A DNA stretch of 64,000 nt from an uncultured Eubacteriales bacterium. Lineage in GTDB: Bacteria; Bacillota; Peptococcia; Peptococcales; SKKY01. The position numbers and the translations under genes were made by a program. Position 1 is the stretch's first letter, and each line of letters begins with the position of its first letter. Under the pieces are notes generated by a model, which was given only the letters and a program-made list of their open reading frames with translations, searched no databases and had not been told where the DNA came from. Below are positions 49,948 to 58,976 of this stretch, piece after piece. Where the stretch lies: assembly GCA_964574445.1 (NCBI GenBank), contig CAZNNQ010000001.1:18446-82445 (forward strand). The letters are read 5' to 3'.

Positions 49948-51033
49948 TTATTTTTGTACACCTTCAACAAACCAATCCATTGAAAGCATTTCTTCGTCTG
50001 TTAATTTTTGTCCTTCAGCAACCTTTAAATTACCTTGGTTATCATTGATTGGACCAACAAATACATCTGTTTCTCCTGAAACAAATTTTGCTTTTGCTGC
50101 ATCAATTAATTCAGCAGCTTCTGCTGGAGCTAATTCTGTAAGTGGAGCAAGGTCAACTATATTGTCTGCCATTCCACCCCAGTAACTTTCTGGCGCCCAG
50201 TTACCATCAATAACTGCTTGAACTTGAGCCACATAATATGGTCCCCAATTCCAAATTGGAGCTGTCATGTATGCTCCTGGTGCTGCTGCTTTCATGTCTG
50301 TGTTATATCCAATTGAGAAAGCACCCGCTTCTTCAGCAGCTTGTTGTGGACCTGCTGTATCTTGGTGCTGTGCAATTACATCAGCGCCTGCATCAAGAAG
50401 AGCTTTTGCAGCTTCTTTTTCAGTTGCAGGGTCATACCAAGTTTGAGTTGTTTTAAAGTTAACAACAGCTTCTGGGTTAACTGATTTTACACCTAGTGTA
50501 AAAGCATTAAGCCCTCTTACTACCTCAGGGATTTCAAAAGCACCTACATAACCAATGTTATTTGTTTCTGTCTTAAGACCAGCCACAATACCTGAAAGAT
50601 ATCTTGCTTGGTACATTCTTCCAAAATAGTTACCCATGTTTTCTGTCATTTTAAATCCAGAACAATGCATGAATGCAACTTCAGGATAATCCTTTGAAGA
50701 TTTTTCCATTCCATCCATAAAACCAAAACTTGTTCCAAAAATCACTGTTGCTCCTTGATCAACCATGTCTGCTACTGCATTCATAACTTCCTGATCATCT
50801 TCTGCAACGTTCTCTTTGTATAAAGTTTTTACGCCAAGTTGCTCTTCAAGATATAATCTTCCTTCGTTGTGAGCATAAGTATAACCGCCATCACCAATTG
50901 GTCCTACATAAATAAAACCAACAATTAGATCTTTTTCCTCTGGAGTTGGAGCTGGTGTCTTTCCACCACAGCCAGCAAGAACAAGAGATAAAACTAGTGC
51001 TGCAACCAACAAGAAACTTAACTGCTTTTTCAT
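49948..51033 (-). CDS. BMP-family (PnrA/Med/NupN-like) nucleoside-binding lipoprotein
   Basis: 361 aa; lipobox LAGC; BMP motifs VGFIYVGPIGDGGY, FGTSFGF. Confidence 0.88.
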   Translation of the reverse strand: MKKQLSFLLVAALVLSLVLAGCGGKTPAPTPEEKDLIVGFIYVGPIGDGGYTYAHNEGRLYLEEQLGVKTLYKENVAEDDQEVMNAVADMVDQGATVIFGTSFGFMDGMEKSSKDYPEVAFMHCSGFKMTENMGNYFGRMYQARYLSGIVAGLKTETNNIGYVGAFEIPEVVRGLNAFTLGVKSVNPEAVVNFKTTQTWYDPATEKEAAKALLDAGADVIAQHQDTAGPQQAAEEAGAFSIGYNTDMKAAAPGAYMTAPIWNWGPYYVAQVQAVIDGNWAPESYWGGMADNIVDLAPLTELAPAEAAELIDAAKAKFVSGETDVFVGPINDNQGNLKVAEGQKLTDEEMLSMDWFVEGVQK

Positions 51034-51075
51034 TTAAAAATTTACCCCCTTTTTAATATATGTTTAGATCAGTTT

Positions 51076-51651
51076 TTACTGATCAAAAACAACTTTGTTG
51101 TCACAAAACTCTTTAACTATTACTAGTGACTCAACTTGAATGTTGTTTTCTTGAAGCATTTTTCTACCGTTTTGAAATCCTTTTTCAATAACAGCACCAA
51201 CTCCAACTAGTAATGCATCACCAGATTTTACAATATTTGCAAGACCCATAGCTGCATTTCCGTTTGCCAGGAAATCATCTATTATCAAAATGTTTTCTCC
51301 TGGTTTTATGTATCTTTTATCAACCATAATTTCATATTCTTTTCCCTTTGTATAAGAAAAAACCTTGCTTGAAAAAGCGTTAGGATTATTAAAACACCCA
51401 TCTTTTTTCTTTGCAAAAACAACAGGAATATTATCAAAAGCTAAAGAAACTGCAAAGGCAACTCCAATACCTGAAGATTCAATAGTAAGTATTTTATCTA
51501 TTTTTTTATCAAAAAATCTTTTTTTAAATTCTTTTCCCATTTCTAAAAACAAAGAAACATCTATTTGATGATTAAGAAAATTATCAACCTTTAAGATGCA
51601 ATTTTCTTCTACTCTTCCTTCGCACTTAATTCGCTCTTTCAATAATTCCAT
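51076..51651 (-). CDS. xpt: Xanthine phosphoribosyltransferase
   Basis: 191 aa; MELLKERI...G.V....ILKVD.FLNHQID and PRPP loop ILIIDDFLANG. Confidence 0.95.
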   Translation of the reverse strand: MELLKERIKCEGRVEENCILKVDNFLNHQIDVSLFLEMGKEFKKRFFDKKIDKILTIESSGIGVAFAVSLAFDNIPVVFAKKKDGCFNNPNAFSSKVFSYTKGKEYEIMVDKRYIKPGENILIIDDFLANGNAAMGLANIVKSGDALLVGVGAVIEKGFQNGRKMLQENNIQVESLVIVKEFCDNKVVFDQ

Positions 51652-51670
51652 CTTTTACCATCCCATTATA

Positions 51671-51708
51671 TAAAATAAAAATACCTAGAACAAGGTTGTC
51701 CTAGGTAT
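51671..51708 (-). terminator. Intrinsic terminator inside the xpt 5' leader (attenuator)
   Basis: Minus strand reads ATACCTAGGAC-AACCTT-GTTCTAGGTAT (11 bp, one G-U) followed by TTTTTATTTT, about 20 nt upstream of the xpt RBS. Confidence 0.85.
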
Positions 51709-51818
51709 AAGTCAAAGCTAATACCCTTTGATTGTCAATTCCCGAATATAATTTGGCTTTTACCAAAAATCGTTCACTTATCAAAGATTATATTAGTCTA
51801 TTCATATTCAAAAATCAA
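51709..51818 (-). promoter_or_regulatory. xpt promoter plus structured leader (unclassified riboswitch/attenuator candidate)
   Basis: TTGATT (51818-51813), 17 nt, TAATAT (51795-51790). The leader contains mutually exclusive helices (see findings). The canonical purine-riboswitch core is not recognisable. Confidence 0.5.
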
Positions 51819-51836
51819 GTTAAAAATTTAAAAACA

Positions 51837-52220
51837 TCATCTAATATCGCCATGGATTTCTACATCTGAAATATCCACAACTTTATTATCTTTGGACACA
51901 AAAACAACTTTAGGTTCATGTTTTCCATGATCTTTTTCTTCAATCCAGGTATATGAGATTATAATAACTTCATCTCCTGGTTGAGTTAGTCTTGCAGCTG
52001 CACCATTAATACAAATAACCCCAGAACCTCTTTCTCCTTTGATGATATAGGTTTCTAGTCTTGCTCCGTTATTGTTGTTAACAATTGCTACCTTTTCATT
52101 CTCATACATTCCTGCTGCATCAAGTAAGTCCTCATCAATAGTTACTGAACCTACATACTGTAAATTTGCCTCGGTAACATAACATTTGTGGATCTTGCTT
52201 TTCATAAGATTTATTAACAT
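51837..52220 (-). CDS. panD: Aspartate 1-decarboxylase
   Basis: 127 aa; MKSKIHK..VTEANL.Y.GSVTID (Gly-Ser self-processing site). Confidence 0.96.
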   Translation of the reverse strand: MLINLMKSKIHKCYVTEANLQYVGSVTIDEDLLDAAGMYENEKVAIVNNNNGARLETYIIKGERGSGVICINGAAARLTQPGDEVIIISYTWIEEKDHGKHEPKVVFVSKDNKVVDISDVEIHGDIR

Positions 52221-53065
52221 TATTTAACCTCCAAAATTTTATTATCAATTAATCTGGTTTGACCCAGTTTTACCGCTATCCCAATCAAGATGGTGCCTTC
52301 AATTTTTTCTATTTCTTCCAAATTTTCAAAATCAAGAATTTCTATATAGTCCACTTCACAAAGAGGATGAGATTCTATGAATTCCTTCATTTTTGAAATA
52401 ACTTTTCCAACTTTTTTTTCTCCTTGTGATATTAGTTTTTCTGCTAATTGAAGAGATTTGCTTAATGCAAGTGCTTCTTTTCTTTCCTCTGGGTTAAGGT
52501 ATACATTTCTGGAACTCATAGCTAAACCATCTTCTTCTCTTATTATGGGGCAAACCTTTATTTCAAGATCAAAATTTAAATCTTCTACCATTCTTTTTAT
52601 TACTGCTACTTGCTGAGCATCTTTCTGACCAAAATATGCTCTATCTGGAGCTACAATATTAAATAATTTAGATACAATTGTTGTTACTCCTTTAAAGTGC
52701 CCCGGCCTTTTTTTACCACACAATCTTTCTGTGAGTCCGTCAACCTGCACACCTGTTTTAAGAGGCTTAGGGAACATCTCTGATACCTCAGGATTGAATA
52801 TAAGATCACAACCTGCTTCCACTGCAAGTTTTGTATCCCTTTCAATATCTCTTGGATATTTTTCTAAGTCTTCATTTGGCCCAAATTGAATAGGATTTAC
52901 AAATATACTAACTATTACAAAGTCATTCTCTTCTTTTGCCTTTTTAATTAGAGATAAATGACCTTGGTGAAGGTAGCCCATTGTTGGAACAAAACCAACA
53001 TTTCCTCCCTTTGCTTTTATAACTTTGACTGCTTCTCTTATTTCATTAATTTTTTTTAAAATCAT
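52220..53065 (-). CDS. panC: Pantoate-beta-alanine ligase
   Basis: 281 aa; [25 protein letters not shown]. Confidence 0.96.
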   Translation of the reverse strand: MILKKINEIREAVKVIKAKGGNVGFVPTMGYLHQGHLSLIKKAKEENDFVIVSIFVNPIQFGPNEDLEKYPRDIERDTKLAVEAGCDLIFNPEVSEMFPKPLKTGVQVDGLTERLCGKKRPGHFKGVTTIVSKLFNIVAPDRAYFGQKDAQQVAVIKRMVEDLNFDLEIKVCPIIREEDGLAMSSRNVYLNPEERKEALALSKSLQLAEKLISQGEKKVGKVISKMKEFIESHPLCEVDYIEILDFENLEEIEKIEGTILIGIAVKLGQTRLIDNKILEVK

Positions 53066-53079
53066 TTATCATATCTCCA

Positions 53080-53916
53080 TTAATATAATTTTTCTATAAC
53101 TTCATCATCTATAGTAAAAACATGCTCTTTTGCAGGAAATTCAGTAGTTTTTACTTGTTTAATATATTCCTTAATCGCATCCTTGGTATTTGCTCCGATA
53201 TTTCCAAAGGTTTTAACAAACTTTGGTTTAAAATCCGTAAAAGTTCCAAGCATATCTTGGGCAACCAGAACTTGACCATCACAAACATTTCCTGCGCCAA
53301 TTCCTATAGTAGGAATTCTTAATTTTTTCGTAATTAATTCCGATAACCTTTCTGGTACACATTCAAGAACAACTGCAAAAACTCCCGCTTCTTGTAAAAG
53401 TAATGCATCCTCCATGATTTTCTGAGCATTCTCAAATTCTTTTCCCTGAACTTTAAAACCTCCAAACACATTTACAGATTGTGGAGTTAGTCCAAGATGA
53501 GCTACAACAGGGATTTGGGCTTTAATAATGCCTTCAATAGCCGGAATCATTTCTCTTCCACCCTCTAATTTTACTGCTTGAGCTCCACCTTCTTGAATTA
53601 ATCTTCCAGCATTTCTAACTGCTTCTTCTACTGAAATGTGATAGCTTAGAAAAGGAAGATCCGCAATAACCATCGCCTCAGACGCACCCCTAACTACAGC
53701 TTTGGTATGATGAATCATATCCTCCATGGTAACTTTCAATGTACTGTCATAACCGAGCATAACCATACCCAGGGAATCCCCAACAAGGATAGAATCAATT
53801 CCTACTTGATCCATTAATTTTGCTGTTGAATAATCATAGGCGGTGAGCATTGTAATTTTTTCCCCTTCATGCTTAGCTTTTGCAAACCAACTTGTTGTTT
53901 TTTTCAATTTCATCAT
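53080..53916 (-). CDS. panB: 3-methyl-2-oxobutanoate hydroxymethyltransferase
   Basis: 278 aa; [30 protein letters not shown]. Confidence 0.96.
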   Translation of the reverse strand: MMKLKKTTSWFAKAKHEGEKITMLTAYDYSTAKLMDQVGIDSILVGDSLGMVMLGYDSTLKVTMEDMIHHTKAVVRGASEAMVIADLPFLSYHISVEEAVRNAGRLIQEGGAQAVKLEGGREMIPAIEGIIKAQIPVVAHLGLTPQSVNVFGGFKVQGKEFENAQKIMEDALLLQEAGVFAVVLECVPERLSELITKKLRIPTIGIGAGNVCDGQVLVAQDMLGTFTDFKPKFVKTFGNIGANTKDAIKEYIKQVKTTEFPAKEHVFTIDDEVIEKLY

Positions 53917-54767
53917 TCCTTTAATAAAATTTTTATCTTATTAATTTTTTCATCATCTCTTAATAATTTTTTTGTAGCAAGATTTAAAGTTTCTTTCCCA
54001 AGAACTTTATACAGGTTTTCAATATCAGCATCATACTTTTTCAAATTATTTATATGGGTAGATATAGTCTGTATATCCCCTCTGGCGATTGGTCCAGTCA
54101 AGGAATTTTCAGGACCCTTTTTAAAGGTATTTTCAACTGTCCCTTTAACCAAGGGCTCTAGCATAACTCTTGCTTCATTTTCGTTAATACCAATATCTTT
54201 AAATATTTTTATACTCTTTTCTAAAATTGTTGTTAAATAATTTGATGCAAAAACGCATGCACCATGATAAGGGGCTTTACTATCTGGTTCTATTCTTAAT
54301 ATTTTATTCCCTACTGGTTCTAAAATTTCTCTAATTTTAAAAACTGCTTCATTATCTCCCTCTATTGTAAATACAACATCTTTTAAAGAACTATTGTCCT
54401 TTTGCTCTCCAGAAAAAGAGTACATGGGATGTAAGGAGAAACAGGGACATTCAGGAAAAATATTTTTTAAAACTTTGGAATTATGCAACCCACTTAAATG
54501 ACCAACTATTTTTTTCTTATTTTTTAAAACTTCCTTAAGCTCATTTCCAGCATTTGCTATATAATCATCGCCGGTACTGATAAAAATAACTTCTGACGAG
54601 TCTACTAATTCATTTAAATTTAAAAAGCTCTTTGTATTTGTGAGGTCTGATGCATCTCTGCTACATTCTATATTTATGTCATAATATCCGGATAGTTTTA
54701 TTCCGGCTTCAGTAAAATATAAGCCTAAACCTTTTCCAGCTCTTCCAGCTCCAATAAACGCAATCAA
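53913..54767 (-). CDS. Rossmann-fold + DUF2520-type protein, candidate ketopantoate reductase
   Basis: 284 aa; N-terminal [10 protein letters not shown] dinucleotide-binding motif. First gene of the pan operon, overlapping the panB start. TTG start after AGGTGA. The function is inferred from context only. Confidence 0.6.
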   Translation of the reverse strand: MIAFIGAGRAGKGLGLYFTEAGIKLSGYYDINIECSRDASDLTNTKSFLNLNELVDSSEVIFISTGDDYIANAGNELKEVLKNKKKIVGHLSGLHNSKVLKNIFPECPCFSLHPMYSFSGEQKDNSSLKDVVFTIEGDNEAVFKIREILEPVGNKILRIEPDSKAPYHGACVFASNYLTTILEKSIKIFKDIGINENEARVMLEPLVKGTVENTFKKGPENSLTGPIARGDIQTISTHINNLKKYDADIENLYKVLGKETLNLATKKLLRDDEKINKIKILLKE

Positions 54768-54780
54768 GAAATCACCTACT

Positions 54781-54826
54781 TTAATAAAATAAAAAACCCT
54801 TTTTCTGCAAATAGACAGAAAAAGGG
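54781..54826 (-). terminator. Intrinsic terminator inside the pan operon leader (attenuator)
   Basis: Perfect 11-bp stem CCCTTTTTCTG/CAGAAAAAGGG (54826-54816 / 54807-54797), 8-nt loop, then TTTTTTATTTTATT on the minus strand, ending ~15 nt before the RBS. Confidence 0.85.
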
Positions 54827-54994
54827 CATAGTATCCTTATAAAAAAATAAAATTTTCCTTTCCCGTCTCGGTCCCTTACAGGCTCAGAGCAGAAGTAAAA
54901 ACATTCAAATATTCATTTTTTAATTTTTAAGATAAAGTATGACTCCAAAGGATGCCATCTAGGCAATATTAAAATACACAAATATATTTGTCAA
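54827..54994 (-). promoter_or_regulatory. pan operon promoter and ~130-nt upstream leader (unclassified cis-regulatory RNA candidate)
   Basis: TTGACA (54994-54989), 17 nt, TAATAT (54971-54966). The 5' GGCATCCTT (54956-54948) can pair with AAGGAT..GCC (54838-54825), which overlaps the terminator 5' arm. Confidence 0.5.
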
Positions 54995-55016
54995 CAATTT
55001 TATTTTGTAATATAAT
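54988..55016 (+). promoter_or_regulatory. Putative promoter of the Rrf2 gene, -35 overlapping the pan -35 on the other strand
   Basis: TTGTCA (54988-54993), 17 nt, TATAAT (55011-55016). Confidence 0.5.
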
Positions 55017-55050
55017 AAAACATATAATTTTACTATGTAAAGGAGATCTC

Positions 55051-55497
55051 ATGCGTATATCAACTAAAGGCAAATATGGACTTGCTGCTATGGTGTTCTT
55101 AGGAGAAAAAGAAAATTCCCCAGAGCCAGTAACAATAGCTACTATAGCTGGGGAACTTAAAATATCAAAAATCTATTTAGAACAAATATTTTCTCTTCTT
55201 AAAAAACAAAATCTTGTTCAGTCTGTAAAAGGTTCACAGGGTGGATATTTCTTAGGAAAAAAATCCGATGAAATAACCGTGTTAATGATTTTGAAAGGAA
55301 TTGAAATTGGTCTTTTTGAAAAGGTTCAACCCTTTCTTTCTAATAATTATGACCATATCACTTCTACACTTGATCAACTAGTTTGGGAGAAACTTGATGA
55401 AAAGATAATAGATACTTTAAGCAAAACAACTTTAAAAGACCTTATAAATAAGGGTAATACTCTTTCAAAGGGTAGTGCTTCAATGTTTTATATTTAG
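55051..55497 (+). CDS. Rrf2-family transcriptional regulator without Cys ligands (CymR-like)
   Basis: MRISTKGKYGLAAMVFL... winged-helix Rrf2 N-terminus. No cysteine anywhere in the 148 aa. ATG at 55051 follows AAGGAG; the ORF-track start at 54988 lies in the promoter. Confidence 0.88.
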   Translation: MRISTKGKYGLAAMVFLGEKENSPEPVTIATIAGELKISKIYLEQIFSLLKKQNLVQSVKGSQGGYFLGKKSDEITVLMILKGIEIGLFEKVQPFLSNNYDHITSTLDQLVWEKLDEKIIDTLSKTTLKDLINKGNTLSKGSASMFYI

Positions 55498-55501
55498 TAT
55501 T

Positions 55502-56437
55502 TTATTCATAATCAAATAAACCCGTTGATAAATACCTTTCTCCTGTATCAGGCAATAATACTACAATTTTTTTGTCTTTATTTTCTTCTCTTTTGCTTAT
55601 TTCCACGGCAGCATATAACGCTGCACCGGAAGAAACCCCGGCAAGAATACCTTCTGTTTTAGCAAGGACTCTTGCAGTATTAATTGCCTCTTCTCCAGGA
55701 ACTGGAATTATCTCATCGATTATCTCTCTGTTGAAATTTCCTGGAACAAACCCTGCTCCAATCCCTTGAATTTTATGAGGACCTTTTTCTCCCCCTGATA
55801 AAACAGATGATTCTTTAGGTTCAACCGCAATAATCTTTATTTTTGGATTTTTTTCTTTTAAATATTTTCCTATCCCAGAAATTGTTCCACCTGTACCAAC
55901 ACCCGCAATAAAGAAATCTATTTTCCCCTCTGTATCTCTCCAAATTTCAGGACCAGTAGTTAAATAATGTGTTTTTGGATTTGATGGATTATTGAATTGT
56001 TGAGGCATAAAGGAACCAGGAATTTCTTTTAGTAAGGCTTCTGCTTTATTAATAGCACCTGTCATTCCCTCACTCCCTGGAGTTAATACTAATTCAGCCC
56101 CAAAAGCCTTTAATAAACTTCTTCTTTCTAAACTCATCGTATCCGGCATAGTAAGAATTAAACGATATTTTCTTGCCGCCGAAATGTAAGCTAATGCTAT
56201 CCCAGTATTTCCACTTGTTGGTTCCACAATAACAGCACCTTCTTTAAGTAATCCCTTTTTTTCAGCATCCTCAATCATTGCAAGACCGATTCTGTCTTTT
56301 ACACTTGATGCAGGGTTAAAGGATTCGATCTTTGCTATTATCGAATTTTCTATATTTTTATTTTTACTGAAATTACCAATTTCAAGAAGAGGTGTATTTC
56401 CTATCAACTCAGTTATACTTTTTGCTATTTTATTCAT
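55502..56437 (-). CDS. cysK: Cysteine synthase A (O-acetylserine sulfhydrylase)
   Basis: 311 aa; PLP-lysine SVKDR, TSGNTG, GTGGT. Confidence 0.95.
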   Translation of the reverse strand: MNKIAKSITELIGNTPLLEIGNFSKNKNIENSIIAKIESFNPASSVKDRIGLAMIEDAEKKGLLKEGAVIVEPTSGNTGIALAYISAARKYRLILTMPDTMSLERRSLLKAFGAELVLTPGSEGMTGAINKAEALLKEIPGSFMPQQFNNPSNPKTHYLTTGPEIWRDTEGKIDFFIAGVGTGGTISGIGKYLKEKNPKIKIIAVEPKESSVLSGGEKGPHKIQGIGAGFVPGNFNREIIDEIIPVPGEEAINTARVLAKTEGILAGVSSGAALYAAVEISKREENKDKKIVVLLPDTGERYLSTGLFDYE

Positions 56438-56481
56438 AATAAAACTTCCTTTCTTTTATACATAGTATACCTATATGTTTA

Positions 56482-56509
56482 ATTATACATGTTTAGCGAT
56501 TTTTGTCAA
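56482..56509 (-). promoter_or_regulatory. Putative cysK promoter
   Basis: Minus strand reads TTGACA, 16 nt, (TG)TATAAT, immediately after the upstream terminator. Confidence 0.55.
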
Positions 56510-56542
56510 TAAAAAAAGCAGAGAGGCATAATCCTCTCTGCT
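56509..56542 (-). terminator. Rho-independent terminator after the amino-acid ABC operon
   Basis: AGCAGAGAGG/CCTCTCTGCT 10-bp stem followed by T7 on the minus strand. Confidence 0.85.
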
Positions 56543-56561
56543 AATAATATCTTCAAGTTTA

Positions 56562-57296
56562 TTATTCCAAGGTTCTTTTTAAGAATTCCCTTGTACGTTC
56601 CGTTTTTGGATTATTGAAAATTTGTTCCGGCGGTCCTTCTTCTTCAATAACACCTTTATCCATGAAAACAACTCGATCAGCAACTTCTTTAGCAAAACCC
56701 ATTTCATGGGTTACAACTAACATAGTGAGCCCGCTTTCTACCAAGGTTTTCATTACTTTTAATACTTCCCCAACCATTTCCGGGTCTAATGCTGATGTTG
56801 GTTCATCAAAAAGCATAACATCAGGTTCCATAGACAAAGCACGGGCGATAGCAACACGTTGTTTTTGCCCTCCAGACAATTGTTTTGGTTTTGCAGTTAC
56901 ATATTGATCCATACCTACAACTTTTAAATATTTCAAGGCAACTTTTTCAGCCTCTTCTTTGGAGCGTTTTAGAATTTTTGTCTGACCAACAACACAATTT
57001 CCTAAAACATCTAAATTATTAAAAAGATTAAATTGTTGAAAAACCATTCCTAATTTTGTACGATATTGAAAAATATCATGTTTATCATCAAGGATGTTTT
57101 CTCCTTTATAAATAATTTGCCCTCCGCTTGGCTTCTCCAGTAAATTTATACAACGAAGAAGTGTAGATTTTCCAGATCCTGAAGATCCGATAATACAAAC
57201 TACCTCACCCTCATTTACTGCGAAATCAATATCTTTCAACACTTCATTAGTTCCGAAGGACTTACTTAAGTGTTGAACCTCTATTATCTTTTCCAT
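56562..57296 (-). CDS. Polar amino-acid ABC transporter ATP-binding protein
   Basis: 244 aa GlnQ/ArtP-type; [34 protein letters not shown]. Confidence 0.93.
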   Translation of the reverse strand: MEKIIEVQHLSKSFGTNEVLKDIDFAVNEGEVVCIIGSSGSGKSTLLRCINLLEKPSGGQIIYKGENILDDKHDIFQYRTKLGMVFQQFNLFNNLDVLGNCVVGQTKILKRSKEEAEKVALKYLKVVGMDQYVTAKPKQLSGGQKQRVAIARALSMEPDVMLFDEPTSALDPEMVGEVLKVMKTLVESGLTMLVVTHEMGFAKEVADRVVFMDKGVIEEEGPPEQIFNNPKTERTREFLKRTLE

Positions 57297-57321
57297 AATT
57301 CACCTCCCGGGCAGGATTTAC

Positions 57322-58050
57322 TTAAAGTTGCATTTGATTCCCACCTAAAGTAAAGGAATCCGGTCCATCGATTTTTCTTTCAATTGAGCGTAATATCCAT
57401 GTAACTGTTAGTGTCATTATTAAATAAATAACACAAGCTACAAAGAAAGATTCAAAGTATCTAAAATTATTTCCGGCAATTGATTTTGTCTGGAAGAATA
57501 ATTCTGATACGGCAATAACATTCAGAACCGAAGTATCTTTAATGTTAATAATAAATTCATTACCCGTAGCCGGTAAGATGTTTCTAATTACCTGAGGTAA
57601 TACAATATTTATCATTGTCTGTAAATGATTCATACCTATTGCTTGAGCTGCCTCAAACTGTCCTTTGTCAATGGAAATAATACCACCACGAACAATTTCA
57701 GACATGTAAGCACCTGTATTGATTGAAACAATAAATAATGCCGCTACTAAACGGTCAACATTTATATCAAAAGCTAAAGCCGAACCATAATATATAACCA
57801 TGGCCTGAACAATCATTGGTGTTCCTCTGAAAAATTCAATATATGCGGTAAGAAACATATTTACTATTTTTAGGATTATTTTTTTTATTCCTTTGTCGGC
57901 CTTTGGAATTGTACGAACTACCCCTATTAACAATCCAATAAAAGAACCAATTAAGGTTCCTGTTAAGGCAATATAAAGAGTAATCCCCGCTCCGCGCAAA
58001 TACATTGGCCAGTTATCTACGAAGATCTTTACCAACCATTCTAAGGTCAT
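57322..58050 (-). CDS. Polar amino-acid ABC transporter permease (His/Glu/Gln/Arg family)
   Basis: 242 aa; 5 TM segments with the EAA-like loop (EAAQAIGM). Confidence 0.9.
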   Translation of the reverse strand: MTLEWLVKIFVDNWPMYLRGAGITLYIALTGTLIGSFIGLLIGVVRTIPKADKGIKKIILKIVNMFLTAYIEFFRGTPMIVQAMVIYYGSALAFDINVDRLVAALFIVSINTGAYMSEIVRGGIISIDKGQFEAAQAIGMNHLQTMINIVLPQVIRNILPATGNEFIINIKDTSVLNVIAVSELFFQTKSIAGNNFRYFESFFVACVIYLIMTLTVTWILRSIERKIDGPDSFTLGGNQMQL

Positions 58051-58074
58051 AGTTTTCCTCCTTATGCGTAATTA

Positions 58075-58103
58075 AACCGGTTGTATTTGAAATACAACCG
58101 GTT
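58075..58103 (-). other. Intercistronic 14-bp stem-loop after the binding-protein gene
   Basis: AACCGGTTGTATTT/AAATACAACCGGTT perfect inverted repeat between the SBP stop (58112) and the permease RBS. Only a weak U-tract follows. Confidence 0.75.
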
Positions 58104-58111
58104 AATTTATA

Positions 58112-58936
58112 CTAATTTGATGATGGTTGATTTAATATTGCATCTTCCATAATTGCTATTTGTTCTTCTAAAGAAATACCAGCAAGAACTTCATTGATTT
58201 TTTCTGTAAGATCACTATCTTTCTGAAGACCAACAGCAATTGCTGTGTCGTCATCTGAAGTAGCAAATCCATCAGTAAATTCAACTACTGCAAACTTCTC
58301 ATTAGCTGCTGCTGCACTGATTCCTTCTGGACGTTCAGAAACGTAACCATCAATCATGCCAGACTCTAAAGCAACTCTCATTGCCGGGAAGTTATCCATT
58401 GCAGTTTCTTTTTCAACACCTTCAATTTGATCAATTACTGAATAATGGAAAGTGTTTAACTGAGCTGTAACTTTTGCTCCAGAAAAATCATTTATTGAAG
58501 TAGCCTCTGCATATTCTCCATCTTTTAAAACAACCATGATTAAATCTGATTTGTAATAGTTGTCTGAAAAATCGATTGTTTCTTTGCGTTCAGCTGTTGG
58601 TGACATACCAGCAATTATTGCATCTATCTTCCCTGATAAAAGAGCTGGAACAAGACCGTCCCATTCCGTTTTTACAATTACTAATTCTTTTCCTAAACCA
58701 TCAGCAATTTGTTTTGCGATTTCCACATCATAACCACCAGCAAACTCAGGACTGCCATCAATCTTAACAGCACCGTTAGCATCTCCAGTTTGTGTCCAGT
58801 TGAATGGAGGATATCCAGCTTCCATTCCTACCTTAAATGTTTCAACTTCTGTTTCTACTTTTTTACCGGCACAACCTGTAAACAGCATTACTACTGCAAG
58901 GGTAACTACCAATGCCAAAACTAAACTCTTCTTCAT
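58112..58936 (-). CDS. Amino-acid ABC transporter substrate-binding lipoprotein (family 3 SBP)
   Basis: 274 aa; lipobox FTGC; SBP_bac_3-type motifs (GYPPF, DAIIAGMS). Confidence 0.9.
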   Translation of the reverse strand: MKKSLVLALVVTLAVVMLFTGCAGKKVETEVETFKVGMEAGYPPFNWTQTGDANGAVKIDGSPEFAGGYDVEIAKQIADGLGKELVIVKTEWDGLVPALLSGKIDAIIAGMSPTAERKETIDFSDNYYKSDLIMVVLKDGEYAEATSINDFSGAKVTAQLNTFHYSVIDQIEGVEKETAMDNFPAMRVALESGMIDGYVSERPEGISAAAANEKFAVVEFTDGFATSDDDTAIAVGLQKDSDLTEKINEVLAGISLEEQIAIMEDAILNQPSSN

Positions 58937-58976
58937 AAAATAACCCTCTTTTCTTTAATTTTTAATGTTTTTTTTG

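Noticed and set aside
54855-54892. Resemblance of CTCTGAGCCTGTAAGGGACCGAGA in the pan leader to the glycine-riboswitch 3' segment (CUCUCAGGCAAAAGGACCG).
   Set aside because: The other obligatory glycine-aptamer elements (GGAGAG 5' strand, CACCGAAGGGGCAA) are absent, and the gene context (pantothenate) does not fit. I treat the similarity as coincidental.
54988-55050. The ORF-track start of the Rrf2 gene at 54988 (MSTILFCNIIKHIILLCKGDL...).
   Set aside because: The extension covers the -35 and -10 promoter elements and has no RBS. The ATG at 55051 follows AAGGAG and yields the standard MRISTKGKYG Rrf2 N-terminus.
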